Source: Candidatus Saccharimonadales bacterium
GTDB lineage: Bacteria > Patescibacteriota > Saccharimonadia > Saccharimonadales > 2-12-FULL-41-12
Direction: 5' to 3'
DNA length: 64,000 nt
NCBI GenBank assembly: GCA_041600715.1
Contig: JBFIJM010000001.1
Location: forward strand, 448,387 to 512,386
Positions 10,577 through 19,372 of this stretch are shown piece after piece (the stretch's first letter is position 1; every line of letters starts with the position of its first letter). Position numbers and translations under genes: made by a program. The notes under the pieces were generated by a model. It saw nothing but the letters and a program-made list of their open reading frames with translations, ran no database searches and was not told where the DNA came from.

Positions 10577-10839
10577 CTACACGATGCGGGCGGTAATGCC
10601 ATATAAGGTACAGCATGTTGTATAGAAAATTATCCAAAGAAGATTGATAATAATATAAGGGATAACCCAGATGTATATGCCGTAAATAAGTGCCACAATT
10701 TGATACGCTAGTCAGCCAGTCCAGCTAGTCATACTGAACTCATGTGAGGATTTTACTCGTAGTAATTTTGTGACAGAAGGAAAAGATATTCCAATCGCGA
10801 AAAAACCAGCAATCAAATAAATAGGTACAGTTAATTCCA
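10577..10839 (-). pseudogene. Disrupted SemiSWEET/PQ-loop-like small 3-TM transporter gene
   Basis: Manual translation: ATG 10839 gives MELTVPIYLIAGF, then a stop after 28 codons. Shifting frame at the homopolymer (plus-strand A5 at 10800-10804) gives FAIGISFPSVTKLLRVKSSHEFSMTSWTG, then an in-frame TGA (10714-10712), then LAYQIVALIYGIYIWVIPYIIINLLWIIFYTTCCTLYGITARIV* ending at 10577. The joined ~88 aa resembles the SemiSWEET layout. Confidence 0.5.
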
Positions 10840-10873
10840 TTATTTCTTTAACTATACACTAACCATGAGCGTA

Positions 10874-10902
10874 TTGAAGTTTATAGACATTAGTGGTATA
10901 AT
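10874..10902 (+). promoter_or_regulatory. Sigma70-type promoter for ssrA
   Basis: TTGAAG (10874-10879), 17-nt spacer, TATAAT (10897-10902). The mature tmRNA 5' GGGG starts 8 nt later. Confidence 0.6.
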
Positions 10903-10910
10903 AAAAGGAT

Positions 10911-11313
10911 GGGGCTGACTTTAAGCTCGACATTGAACCTTTACAGATAAATCCGCGTGTCGCTTGTCCAGCGTTATAGGACAAACCCTTTAAATGCAAC
11001 ATTTAAAGACGCACGTGCAGCAGTAGCTAACCTCTTTGAGCGCAGTAACTTTGCATTTGCAACAGCCTAAGTTAATTCTTAGTGCCACCTACTACTACGA
11101 CACCAGATAGAAGTAGCAGGTGTTATATCATCTGGTTGCTGTAAGTCCCGTATGTTTTCCGGAATTTACCTAAGACTTTGAAAACTGCTGATTCTGTATT
11201 TTTGTTTGTTTACCGTATAGGGTCAAAAGAAATTTCAAGCAAACTACGCACGTAGAATATTTATCAATGTATAGTCGATGGACGCGGAGGGCAGTGCTCC
11301 GCCAGCTCCACCA
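10911..11313 (+). ncRNA. ssrA: tmRNA (transfer-messenger RNA)
   Basis: 5' GGGGCTGACTTTAAGCTCGAC and 3' GGACGCGGAG-GGCAGTG-CTCCGCCAGCTCCACCA, giving an acceptor stem with the G3:U pair and encoded CCA. Internal tag frame ends ...ANLFERSNFAFATA-TAA (stop 11068-11070). Flanked by a promoter and a terminator. Confidence 0.9.
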
Positions 11314-11346
11314 AAAAAAACACCAACAAGCATTGGTGTTTTTTTG
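11314..11346 (+). terminator. Rho-independent terminator of ssrA
   Basis: A-run, CACCAA-caagca-TTGGTG hairpin, then a T8 run. Confidence 0.8.
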
Positions 11347-11607
11347 TTACTTAATGTAGTTATTTACGCTTCTTCTTGATTCCGCCTATCAGGCGACTAT
11401 CGAATCGCCATAGTTCAAATGTTTCCGAATCCCTTATGTAGTACCTGTATAATCCCGTCATAAGACCCCCTCTTACACCCCTACTATAACGCTCAGTTAG
11501 CAGTTAGAGTGTGATATATATTACACAAATATTTACTAGTGGAACTAATGTTGTAGAATATTTTGATCTATTGCCCCCTCGGTAGGAATGTAGCAGAATA
11601 CTAGACA

Positions 11608-11991
11608 ATGAGGACTACAAAGAATGGCGCTCTTTTTCCTATCAACTCTCTAGAGAAAGTAGCCGTCTTTGATGCGGTAGAGTTTTATCTACATGAACAA
11701 CAAGATAATCCATATGATAAAGGTGAGTCATGGCTCGGAGACGAGCTATCATTACTAAGAATTCGTGAGCGATTAAGACCACACGTAGATAGGTTCTACT
11801 CTGGAATGTACAGTAACTTAGACGTGACAATTGACGATAGACTACTTTTCAACCCTGAGGATACACGTTTGCTCGGCAACGTTATGCTCCACACAGCATA
11901 TTTTAATTCCAACCAAGTCTTGGGTAACTATTGCCTAACATTACTCGACGAAGTACGAAAAGATTCTAGCGATCGAATTAATATTTCCTAA
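11608..11991 (+). CDS. Hypothetical protein (127 aa), orphan-like
   Basis: Intact ORF. Plus strand within a long minus-strand run. No motif recognised. Confidence 0.5.
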   Translation: MRTTKNGALFPINSLEKVAVFDAVEFYLHEQQDNPYDKGESWLGDELSLLRIRERLRPHVDRFYSGMYSNLDVTIDDRLLFNPEDTRLLGNVMLHTAYFNSNQVLGNYCLTLLDEVRKDSSDRINIS

Positions 11992-12088
11992 TCTCATTTA
12001 CGGGCAATAACCCCAGAAACCATTAAGAAGTCCGGTTACTAAGTGACATAAATCACCGTGAACTTTAGTCTTATCGGTCATTATATAA

Positions 12089-12625
12089 ATGGGATGGTAT
12101 GCAATGTTACAGAATGAATCAAATAATTCCAGTGGTCAGGAAACATTAGAAAACCAGGTGTTTTCTATTTATGAATCTGTGGCACAAGAAGTCGACAAGA
12201 TTGCAAATGGACATAACGATAATGCCCGGGAGCAATTCCGGCTAGTTGTACGCGAATTACTCCAATCTGGAGTAGATCGGGTTGAGAATGGCCTTAAGAA
12301 CGGGCACCCCAGCATGATTCACAGGCAGTGGGTTATCAGCGAAAGAAATGCGATAGTAAATGAAGAACGAGTAGGTCTTATTGGTGAGCGTGCAGACGCA
12401 GAACTTGGTAAGTTAATTGTCGGAAAATGCGTATCCGTAAGCTCAGAAGACACCATTTCGCCAATAAGAGGCCGTGTAGAGAAGACAAACGCTCTGCTAG
12501 GGGTGTTAACTATTCGCTCAGATCAAGAAGACGCACCAACAGAAGTTTTTCTTTTTGACGAAGAGGACAACGGAGAACGATCAAGTAGAGTTAACCTGCA
12601 ATTTACTGATCAATCAGACAAATGA
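12089..12625 (+). CDS. Hypothetical protein (178 aa), orphan-like
   Basis: Intact ORF. Its 3' end overlaps the convergent rsmA by 12 nt. No motif recognised. Confidence 0.5.
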   Translation: MGWYAMLQNESNNSSGQETLENQVFSIYESVAQEVDKIANGHNDNAREQFRLVVRELLQSGVDRVENGLKNGHPSMIHRQWVISERNAIVNEERVGLIGERADAELGKLIVGKCVSVSSEDTISPIRGRVEKTNALLGVLTIRSDQEDAPTEVFLFDEEDNGERSSRVNLQFTDQSDK

Positions 12626-13423
12626 CTTGGTTAATTTATTAGTTAATTTGAGCCAATCCTCCAAAGAAAGTTCTTGCGGTCTTGCGGTTAAAGATATCTG
12701 AGATAACTGTAATATATCGGCAACATCAGACTTGCTCATATGAAGTCCTGAAGCCAAAGAATTATGTAGTGTTTTACGTTTATTACTAAAGCCTGCTTTT
12801 ATTATCCTTTTCAATTTTTTATGATCAGTACTCCCAAATACTGGTTGGTCTCGCCTTCGCATGTGAACAACCTGAGAATCAACTTTTGGTGGAGGTGTGA
12901 ATAAGACTGCCGGCACCACATCTCCCAGACTACAGTCAAAATACATTTGAGCCCACACACTAAGAAGTGACATATTGCCTGGTCCCGCACATAAACGTTC
13001 TGCTACTTCCTTTTGTATAAGTAAGGTTACTGAGACAGGCGGATTGGGCGTTTCTGATAAAACCCGAATTAAATTGCTTGTAAGATAGTAAGGTATGTTG
13101 GCCACCACTTTATAATCTGCTGGAAGATTAGAAAAATTAAAGGTCAGAATATCGTGCTGAACTAGAGTTAAACTCTTAGTATCGTTTGTAAAAAGTTTAT
13201 TAGATTCTTTTTTTAAATAATTATATAATTCTCTGTCAAACTCAATCGATGTGACTCTAGCTCCACTTTTAAGCAAGCGTTGAGTTAATGTACCCAAACC
13301 AGGACCAACTTCAACAACTGTATCCTCGGACTTTATACTTGCTAGATTGACGATATGTTCAAGTGTAGTGGCGTCATGTAGCCAATGTTGTCCTAGAGTT
13401 TTTTTAGGGACAGGTGAATTCAT
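12614..13423 (-). CDS. rsmA: 16S rRNA (adenine1518/1519-N6)-dimethyltransferase
   Basis: KKTLGQHWL start, SAM motif VVEVGPGLGTLT, VANIPYYLTS. Confidence 0.9.
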   Translation of the reverse strand: MNSPVPKKTLGQHWLHDATTLEHIVNLASIKSEDTVVEVGPGLGTLTQRLLKSGARVTSIEFDRELYNYLKKESNKLFTNDTKSLTLVQHDILTFNFSNLPADYKVVANIPYYLTSNLIRVLSETPNPPVSVTLLIQKEVAERLCAGPGNMSLLSVWAQMYFDCSLGDVVPAVLFTPPPKVDSQVVHMRRRDQPVFGSTDHKKLKRIIKAGFSNKRKTLHNSLASGLHMSKSDVADILQLSQISLTARPQELSLEDWLKLTNKLTKSFV

Positions 13424-13430
13424 CTGGATA

Positions 13431-14648
13431 TTACCACCAGTGATTCACAGACCAAAAATTGTAAGCCTCGTTCCAGCTACCATAACGACCAACAGCGTAA
13501 GAATTAAAATGGTTTAACTGGCACACCGCGTCTGTTTCCCAGGATGGACAAGCCGAAATAAGTATCTGGGCGTTGCATCTCTGCCCAAGACCAATACAGT
13601 TATTTGCGCTTCTTGCTCCTGGACGCCAGCCAGACTCTTTGGAAATAATATAATCTGCAGAGCTATGCTGATCTGCCGGTATGCCAGCTTGAGCCAGTAA
13701 ACGTGCTTTATCTGAAGCAACACTTACATTCGGAGTGGCAGATTTTGTTCCACGAACAATCACACGTTTTACAGGCGCAGTTATAACAACTTCCTGAAGC
13801 ACTGTTTTATCTCCATTCGGTCCAATCTCATAAACTATGGCTTTTCGACCAGCAGAACCTTCTACTCGTACCTGAGTTTCTCCAGAGGTTAATCCAGGGT
13901 CGTCAGACTTCTCTGTTTCAAATGGAATCTCTTCCTCTGAAGTTGCGATCTGCTTTCCTGGCTCTGTAACAAACACCACTTGATCTTTTTCTATGGGAGT
14001 TTCAGGTGCAGGCAGAATTGAGGCTTCATCAAAGCTTACACTCCGCTCTTTTGCTAATTCTCCGACTGTTTCGGCATGAGTGCGAATCTCGTAAGTAGTC
14101 CCGTACAAGTTCATCTTTACAGGAATCGCTCGATCTATTACCATCTGAACCCCTATAATGCCCTCTTGCAGACTCTGAGCTGGGGTTATAACATCTATTT
14201 TATCCTCTGGATATAAATCGTACCCAGCTTCTTTTGCGACAATATTTGTGACTGTCTCAGCAGTTTTAATCTGAGTCTTCTGACCCTTTTCGTCGACTAT
14301 AGTCACCGGACGCGCTCGATACACGTTTATACTAAATTCTTGCTCGACGATTGGCGTATCTACCGATGGTTCAACTATATCTTCAGGGCTTAATCGTACG
14401 TCAATACGCTTTAAAGCTTCGCCGACGGTTTTTGCACGACTCGGTATAGACTGTTTGCGCCCGTCTACATGTAGTTGCAAAACCTTAGTATCGTTGGGTT
14501 CAACTGTACTACCTCCCAAAAATAAAAAACCAAAAAGCGATATGACGAGTAGCCCGAACAATGTAACGACGGGTACTACAAAAGGGTGCCTATCATTAAA
14601 GGATAGTCGATTTCTAATAGATGAATCTTTGTTGGATTGCTGTTTCAT
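13431..14648 (-). CDS. Cell-wall-associated protein: TM anchor, 3x DUF348-like repeats, G5 domain, C-terminal Apf/transglycosylase-like domain (YabE/RpfB architecture)
   Basis: Repeated ~45-aa DUF348-like units; G5-like EIPFETEKSDDPGLTSGETQVRVEGSAGRKAIVYE...VIVRGTK; C-terminus ISKESGWRPGA...GLGQ...GRYGSWNEAYNFWSVNHWW. Confidence 0.7.
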   Translation of the reverse strand: MKQQSNKDSSIRNRLSFNDRHPFVVPVVTLFGLLVISLFGFLFLGGSTVEPNDTKVLQLHVDGRKQSIPSRAKTVGEALKRIDVRLSPEDIVEPSVDTPIVEQEFSINVYRARPVTIVDEKGQKTQIKTAETVTNIVAKEAGYDLYPEDKIDVITPAQSLQEGIIGVQMVIDRAIPVKMNLYGTTYEIRTHAETVGELAKERSVSFDEASILPAPETPIEKDQVVFVTEPGKQIATSEEEIPFETEKSDDPGLTSGETQVRVEGSAGRKAIVYEIGPNGDKTVLQEVVITAPVKRVIVRGTKSATPNVSVASDKARLLAQAGIPADQHSSADYIISKESGWRPGARSANNCIGLGQRCNAQILISACPSWETDAVCQLNHFNSYAVGRYGSWNEAYNFWSVNHWW

Positions 14649-14737
14649 AGATGTGGCGCAAATTGAATATTTAAGCAGGCTGAGAGTACAGTTAGGCTAC
14701 TAAATTCCCAGATGCATGTTAATCCACTATAGCATTT

Positions 14738-15187
14738 TTAGTCTAATTCCACAACGTCAAGAACATCGGTGAGAGTATCTGATTTGCTGATAGACGACAA
14801 GGTTTTTGTATTAGCCCATTGTGCTCCAGTAAGTTCTTTTCTCTGAATTTTTATACTAGGTTTGGATTTTAGTTGTACTTCATAAACAATAGCCTGCATT
14901 TTCACAAAACGCGAAACTAGCTGAATCTCTTTTATGAATCTCAGCTCCTTAGGCTTTATGGTAATACTCAACTCTTCAGACACTTCTCGACAAGCAGAAA
15001 CTGCAGGATCTTCTCCACTGTTTATACCGCCACCTGGTAAATCCCACCTGCCATTGTTTAAGATAGGACGAACCAGTAAAATTTCATTTTTATGCCTGAT
15101 AACCACACGTGTTCGTCGAGTATTGTTGATCACCAGATAAATGAACGGCCAAGACAACCAGTAAACGATGGTTGATATTAACTTCAA
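14738..15187 (-). CDS. NUDIX hydrolase
   Basis: Nudix box GGGINSGEDPAVSACREVSEELSI. Apparent TTG start overlaps the pcrA stop. Confidence 0.75.
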   Translation of the reverse strand: MKLISTIVYWLSWPFIYLVINNTRRTRVVIRHKNEILLVRPILNNGRWDLPGGGINSGEDPAVSACREVSEELSITIKPKELRFIKEIQLVSRFVKMQAIVYEVQLKSKPSIKIQRKELTGAQWANTKTLSSISKSDTLTDVLDVVELD

Positions 15188-17331
15188 AGTTTCTCCAACG
15201 GGGCTAGTGAAATGCTAAGTTTTTTTGTTCCTACACCTTTAAAATATATAACAGCAATGTCTTCGGAGATTTCAAGAACTGTCCCCTTGCCAAATAGTTG
15301 GTGCTTAACACCGTCACCCTCAGACAGATCAGGAACATAGCGGGGCTCACTAGCAGGAGTAGATGCTTTAAGCGAATCAACAAATGCAGAGCCAAAAGGT
15401 TGTGGCTCTGGGATATGAGTGGAGCTCGGTTCTATCTCTGACAGAAACCGACTCGGGGGGTTGTGTTGAACGCCTCCATAAAGCATTCTTGACACGCAGT
15501 GAGTCATGTAAAGCTCTTCTCTAGCTCGTGTCATACCCACATAACAAAGTCTCCGCTCTTCTTCCATTTCTGACTGATCGTATAATGCCCTGGAATGAGG
15601 TAGTAAGGTTTCCTCAAGTCCTGGCATGAATACAACTGGGAACTCTAAGCCTTTAGCTGAGTGTAGAGTCATTAAAGTAACGGCTTGTCCATGTGATTGT
15701 TTTGACTCCACATCACTGACTAATGCGACCTCTTCCAAGAACGACTCAAGACCTTCGTCCTGGTACTCCTTTGCTACGGTTAGTAGTTCTCTAACATTTT
15801 CTTGCCGGGCTTCTCCTTGAGGTGTCCTGTCATCAAGATACGCCATATACTCTAACTTTCTAATCAATGCGTCTATTAATGTGGCCGGGGGAGCCTCATT
15901 TATTAAGCTACGAATACCTGAAACCAAATTACTAAACTCTACGAGGCTTTTTCTAGCCCTTGGTGTTAGTTCAGAGCATTCTCCCGCTCTCTCTAATGCG
16001 AACTGAAGAGTCAGCCCACTTGTAGCCTGCCATGACAGAAATGTTTGAACAGATTTTGCCCCAACACCACGAGCAGGAACATTGATAATTCTCTCGAAAC
16101 TGATCCTGTCCTCAGGCTGGAATAGCAACCTAACATATGCCATCAAATCTTTGATCTCTTTGCGATCATAAAATCGCTGACCGCCCACAATCCTATAGGG
16201 TACTCCGTACCGAATACACGCTTCTTCTAATGATCTACTCTGTGCGTTTGTGCGATATAAAACTGCAAAGTGATTATAGCCTCGTAGCCCAAAATCAAGC
16301 TGATTCTGAATACGCCTGATGATTGCCTCGCCCTCAGCACGCTCGTTAGATAACTGCATTATCTGTACAGGTGCTCCATCGCCAGCATCGGTCCATAGTT
16401 TTTTATCTGAGCGTTTACTGTTTTTTGTGATTACTGCGTGAGCTGCGTTTAGTATATGTTTCGTACTACGATAGTTTTGCTCGAGTTTAATTACAGTCGC
16501 ATTTTTGTAATCTTTTTCAAACTTTAAAATATTTCGAAAATCAGCACCACGCCACGAATATATACTCTGCCAATCATCTCCGACGACAGCGATATTTTGT
16601 TGTTCATTAACTAGCAATTTTATTAGTCGATACTGAGCTGAGTTAGTGTCCTGATACTCGTCGATCATTATATACCGGAACTGTGCCTGCCACCTGCTTC
16701 GTACCTCTGGATTAGTATCGAATAATTGCACTGTTTTGGCGATCAGATCATCAAAGTCAAGCGCCCCTGCGTCATGTAATGAGCGTTCGTATCTAGGGAA
16801 AATTTGCCCAACCACCTTTGATAACGGGTTAGTGCTCATAGATACATAGTTAGAGCTAGTCATGAGCTCATTTTTAGCGCTACTAATCATTGAACTAATC
16901 TGTCTTGGAGGATATAATTTCTCGTCAATCATCAGCTCACGACATATCTGCTTGATGGCAGATAACCTGTCGGACTCATCGAAGATAACAAAATTTGCGG
17001 GGACGCCAATACGATTACCATCTGACCTAAGTAGACGAACGCATATACCGTGGAAAGTTCCCATGAACGGCAAGAATGTGCGATCTTGCGCACTGTGACC
17101 TAACATTGTGCCAAGCCTTTCGCGCATCTCCTTAGCTGCCTTATTAGTGAAAGTTACAGCTAGAATCTGGTATGGAGTAGCCTTCTGCTGACTCAAGATA
17201 TATGCTATCCGATGGGTAAGTGTTTTAGTCTTACCACTCCCTGCACCTGCTTGTATCAAAAGGGGGCCTTCGGTGGTTACAACAGCGCGTGCTTGCTCAG
17301 GATTAAGTTGGGAAAGTAGGTCAGTCACCAA
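15184..17331 (-). CDS. pcrA: ATP-dependent DNA helicase PcrA/UvrD (SF1)
   Basis: Walker A AGAGSGKTKTLTHR; DEYQDTN; NYRST; LMTLHSAKGLEFPVVF; VGMTRARE. Confidence 0.92.
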   Translation of the reverse strand: MVTDLLSQLNPEQARAVVTTEGPLLIQAGAGSGKTKTLTHRIAYILSQQKATPYQILAVTFTNKAAKEMRERLGTMLGHSAQDRTFLPFMGTFHGICVRLLRSDGNRIGVPANFVIFDESDRLSAIKQICRELMIDEKLYPPRQISSMISSAKNELMTSSNYVSMSTNPLSKVVGQIFPRYERSLHDAGALDFDDLIAKTVQLFDTNPEVRSRWQAQFRYIMIDEYQDTNSAQYRLIKLLVNEQQNIAVVGDDWQSIYSWRGADFRNILKFEKDYKNATVIKLEQNYRSTKHILNAAHAVITKNSKRSDKKLWTDAGDGAPVQIMQLSNERAEGEAIIRRIQNQLDFGLRGYNHFAVLYRTNAQSRSLEEACIRYGVPYRIVGGQRFYDRKEIKDLMAYVRLLFQPEDRISFERIINVPARGVGAKSVQTFLSWQATSGLTLQFALERAGECSELTPRARKSLVEFSNLVSGIRSLINEAPPATLIDALIRKLEYMAYLDDRTPQGEARQENVRELLTVAKEYQDEGLESFLEEVALVSDVESKQSHGQAVTLMTLHSAKGLEFPVVFMPGLEETLLPHSRALYDQSEMEEERRLCYVGMTRAREELYMTHCVSRMLYGGVQHNPPSRFLSEIEPSSTHIPEPQPFGSAFVDSLKASTPASEPRYVPDLSEGDGVKHQLFGKGTVLEISEDIAVIYFKGVGTKKLSISLAPLEKL

Positions 17332-17345
17332 TTAATTATATCAGT

Positions 17346-18584
17346 CTAGAGCTCTTTGAGTGACTGTAAAATTGACACAAATGAACGGTAAGAATCTGTA
17401 GATTTAAAGCGTTCTTTTGTAATGACTACACCACTGGCCTGAGCGATTTTAATACTGTCTTGATTAGTAGTACCTATGCTTTTAAGGTGTGCTTCACTGA
17501 ATATATATTCTGCTTGAGCCCTGTAAAATCCAGTCTTTGTTGCAAGCTGGAATTGATCGCCCGGGGTGAATATGTCTCCCTCTTTAATGCAATTGTCGGG
17601 TGATACATTAACGCTAGTGATACTACCCGCTTGTTCCTGCACAGAAATAAACAATAGTCTTAAAGATTGAGAATCTAGAGTAATGTCTTCGCTTGAGCAT
17701 GTCTGCACTCCAGTAAGTAGGGTGGGGTATTTTTCTGTTGTGGTTATATTCTGGACGAATATCTTTGTTCGCATAAATACCTCTGACTCAACTTCTGGCA
17801 CATCTTTAAAACTGGTAGTAATTTTTTGTGTCGGAGCATCGATTGTCACTACATTTACTCCAGATCTTAGCTCATCCTTAGCAGAAAAAACTTTCCAATC
17901 AGCAGGATGCTGAAAAGCTATCCCAAGTTCCTCGTTTTTATAATCGACCAAACCACTGGCGGAGTCTGTTTTCTGGACAATTTTATCAGGCTGATCCTTG
18001 CTAGCAGAGTTGACCAGTGCAGGTTGATCACTATTAGGACTGATCATATCCTTGCCTGGACCTGCTAATAAATACCATGCTAACAACGTGGCTACTAAAA
18101 GAATTAGTAATACTACTAACCTCAGATGTCTCTTGCTTTTAGGTACGCGTGTTTTTACAAAGTATTTTTTAGAATTAACTAAGCCATTAATCTTTTCTGC
18201 GTATTTTCGTGCTTCTTGATCAGCAATTTTTTGATCATTTTTAGTACCCACATCGCCTACCAAATCGTTTACAACTGCGCTATTAGCTCCAACATTTTCT
18301 TCAGAGGCAGGCTCAATAATAGTATCTTCTTCTGGGACTGTATCAGTTGGCGAATCAGGTGTTTCTATCTCTTCATTTGAAGGGTTAATAACAAATTCAG
18401 GCTTAGATTTCTTACTCGGAGGCGCTTCTCCTTGGTTTGTGTCAACATCCTCTACTACAACCATTGGGTCATCTATAGTTTTTTTGTGACCTACAATGAT
18501 AGGCCTAGATGTTGCATCAGCTGGGGTTTGACCAGGTTTAGTAACATCAAATACCTTAGGTTTTTGTGATCGCTTATCAGCCAT
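17346..18584 (-). CDS. Hypothetical single-pass membrane protein with acidic/Pro-rich N-terminal region
   Basis: Start trimmed to ATG 18584 (MADKRSQKPK), 4 nt after the tpiA stop. TM helix LRLVVLLILLVATLLAWYLLA followed by a ~230-aa extracytoplasmic domain. Confidence 0.6.
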   Translation of the reverse strand: MADKRSQKPKVFDVTKPGQTPADATSRPIIVGHKKTIDDPMVVVEDVDTNQGEAPPSKKSKPEFVINPSNEEIETPDSPTDTVPEEDTIIEPASEENVGANSAVVNDLVGDVGTKNDQKIADQEARKYAEKINGLVNSKKYFVKTRVPKSKRHLRLVVLLILLVATLLAWYLLAGPGKDMISPNSDQPALVNSASKDQPDKIVQKTDSASGLVDYKNEELGIAFQHPADWKVFSAKDELRSGVNVVTIDAPTQKITTSFKDVPEVESEVFMRTKIFVQNITTTEKYPTLLTGVQTCSSEDITLDSQSLRLLFISVQEQAGSITSVNVSPDNCIKEGDIFTPGDQFQLATKTGFYRAQAEYIFSEAHLKSIGTTNQDSIKIAQASGVVITKERFKSTDSYRSFVSILQSLKEL

Positions 18585-19371
18585 TTGTCTTTTTCTCTCT
18601 GTTATAACGATACACCGCGTCAACTATGCCAGCAAACTTATGATAATTTAGGCTTGCGCTTCCTACCAACACACCATCACACCCATCTAAGGTTATGTAG
18701 CCTCGCACAATCTGATCGTCAACACTGCCCCCATAGAGGATTCTGACACTTTTAGATGCATTATCGCCGTAGAGATCACGCACTTGTTCTCTGATATAAG
18801 CTAGACTTTTTAGTACATCGTTTGGTTTTGCCAGCTCACCTCCAAAATTACTTATTGCCCATACTGGCTCGTAGGCAATAGCCATCGTAGCCACATCATC
18901 AGCGGTAAGATTGCTAAGCGCACTCACTACCTGATCGTGTAAAACTTGTCTTGTTTGACCGTCTCGCCGTTCTGCTGACGTTTCTCCTACACAAAGTATC
19001 GGGGTTAAACCATTCCTAACACATGAAGCTACTTTATCTCTCACAGTTTCGAGTGATTCATTAAAAAAGATTCGTCGTTCAGAGTGACCGATAATCACAT
19101 AATGAACGAGGTCTCTGAGCATAGCGAAAGATACTTCACCGGTGAATCCTCCTTCGTCCTTGTGGTAAGCATTTTGGGAAGCTAACCTAAAACGACGTCT
19201 GTCTATCTCGTGACTCAAAGGCTGAAGCGATAGCGTACTTGGTGCTAAAACTACTTCTATATCTTTGTGTCCGGCGATATGTTTGTGCATTCGCGCACTC
19301 AATAAGCTTGCTTGGCCAGTAGTAAGATGCATTTTCCAGTTAGCTACTACCAATGTTCTAGATGTGTGCAT
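18577..19371 (-). CDS. tpiA: Triosephosphate isomerase
   Basis: VVANWKMH, IIGHSERR, AYEPVWAI, YGGSV motifs. Confidence 0.92.
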   Translation of the reverse strand: MHTSRTLVVANWKMHLTTGQASLLSARMHKHIAGHKDIEVVLAPSTLSLQPLSHEIDRRRFRLASQNAYHKDEGGFTGEVSFAMLRDLVHYVIIGHSERRIFFNESLETVRDKVASCVRNGLTPILCVGETSAERRDGQTRQVLHDQVVSALSNLTADDVATMAIAYEPVWAISNFGGELAKPNDVLKSLAYIREQVRDLYGDNASKSVRILYGGSVDDQIVRGYITLDGCDGVLVGSASLNYHKFAGIVDAVYRYNREKKTNG

Positions 19372-19372
19372 A

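Noticed and set aside
10712-10714. TGA recoding (genetic code 4 or 25) as the explanation for the in-frame TGA in the SemiSWEET-like gene
   Set aside because: TGA clearly terminates well-supported genes here: atpA ends ...ELKR-TGA in an ATGA overlap with atpG, pcrA ends at TGA, and pilN ends at TGA in an ATGA overlap. No other gene needs TGA read-through, and the same locus also carries a frameshift. A pseudogene or sequencing error is the simpler explanation.
11360-11461. 33-codon minus-strand ORF (MTGLYRYYIRDSETFELWRFDSRLIGGIKKKRK) between ssrA and the first orphan gene
   Set aside because: It has no SD or promoter context that I could identify, a very short length, and a basic tail typical of random AT-rich frames. 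Not reported as a feature.
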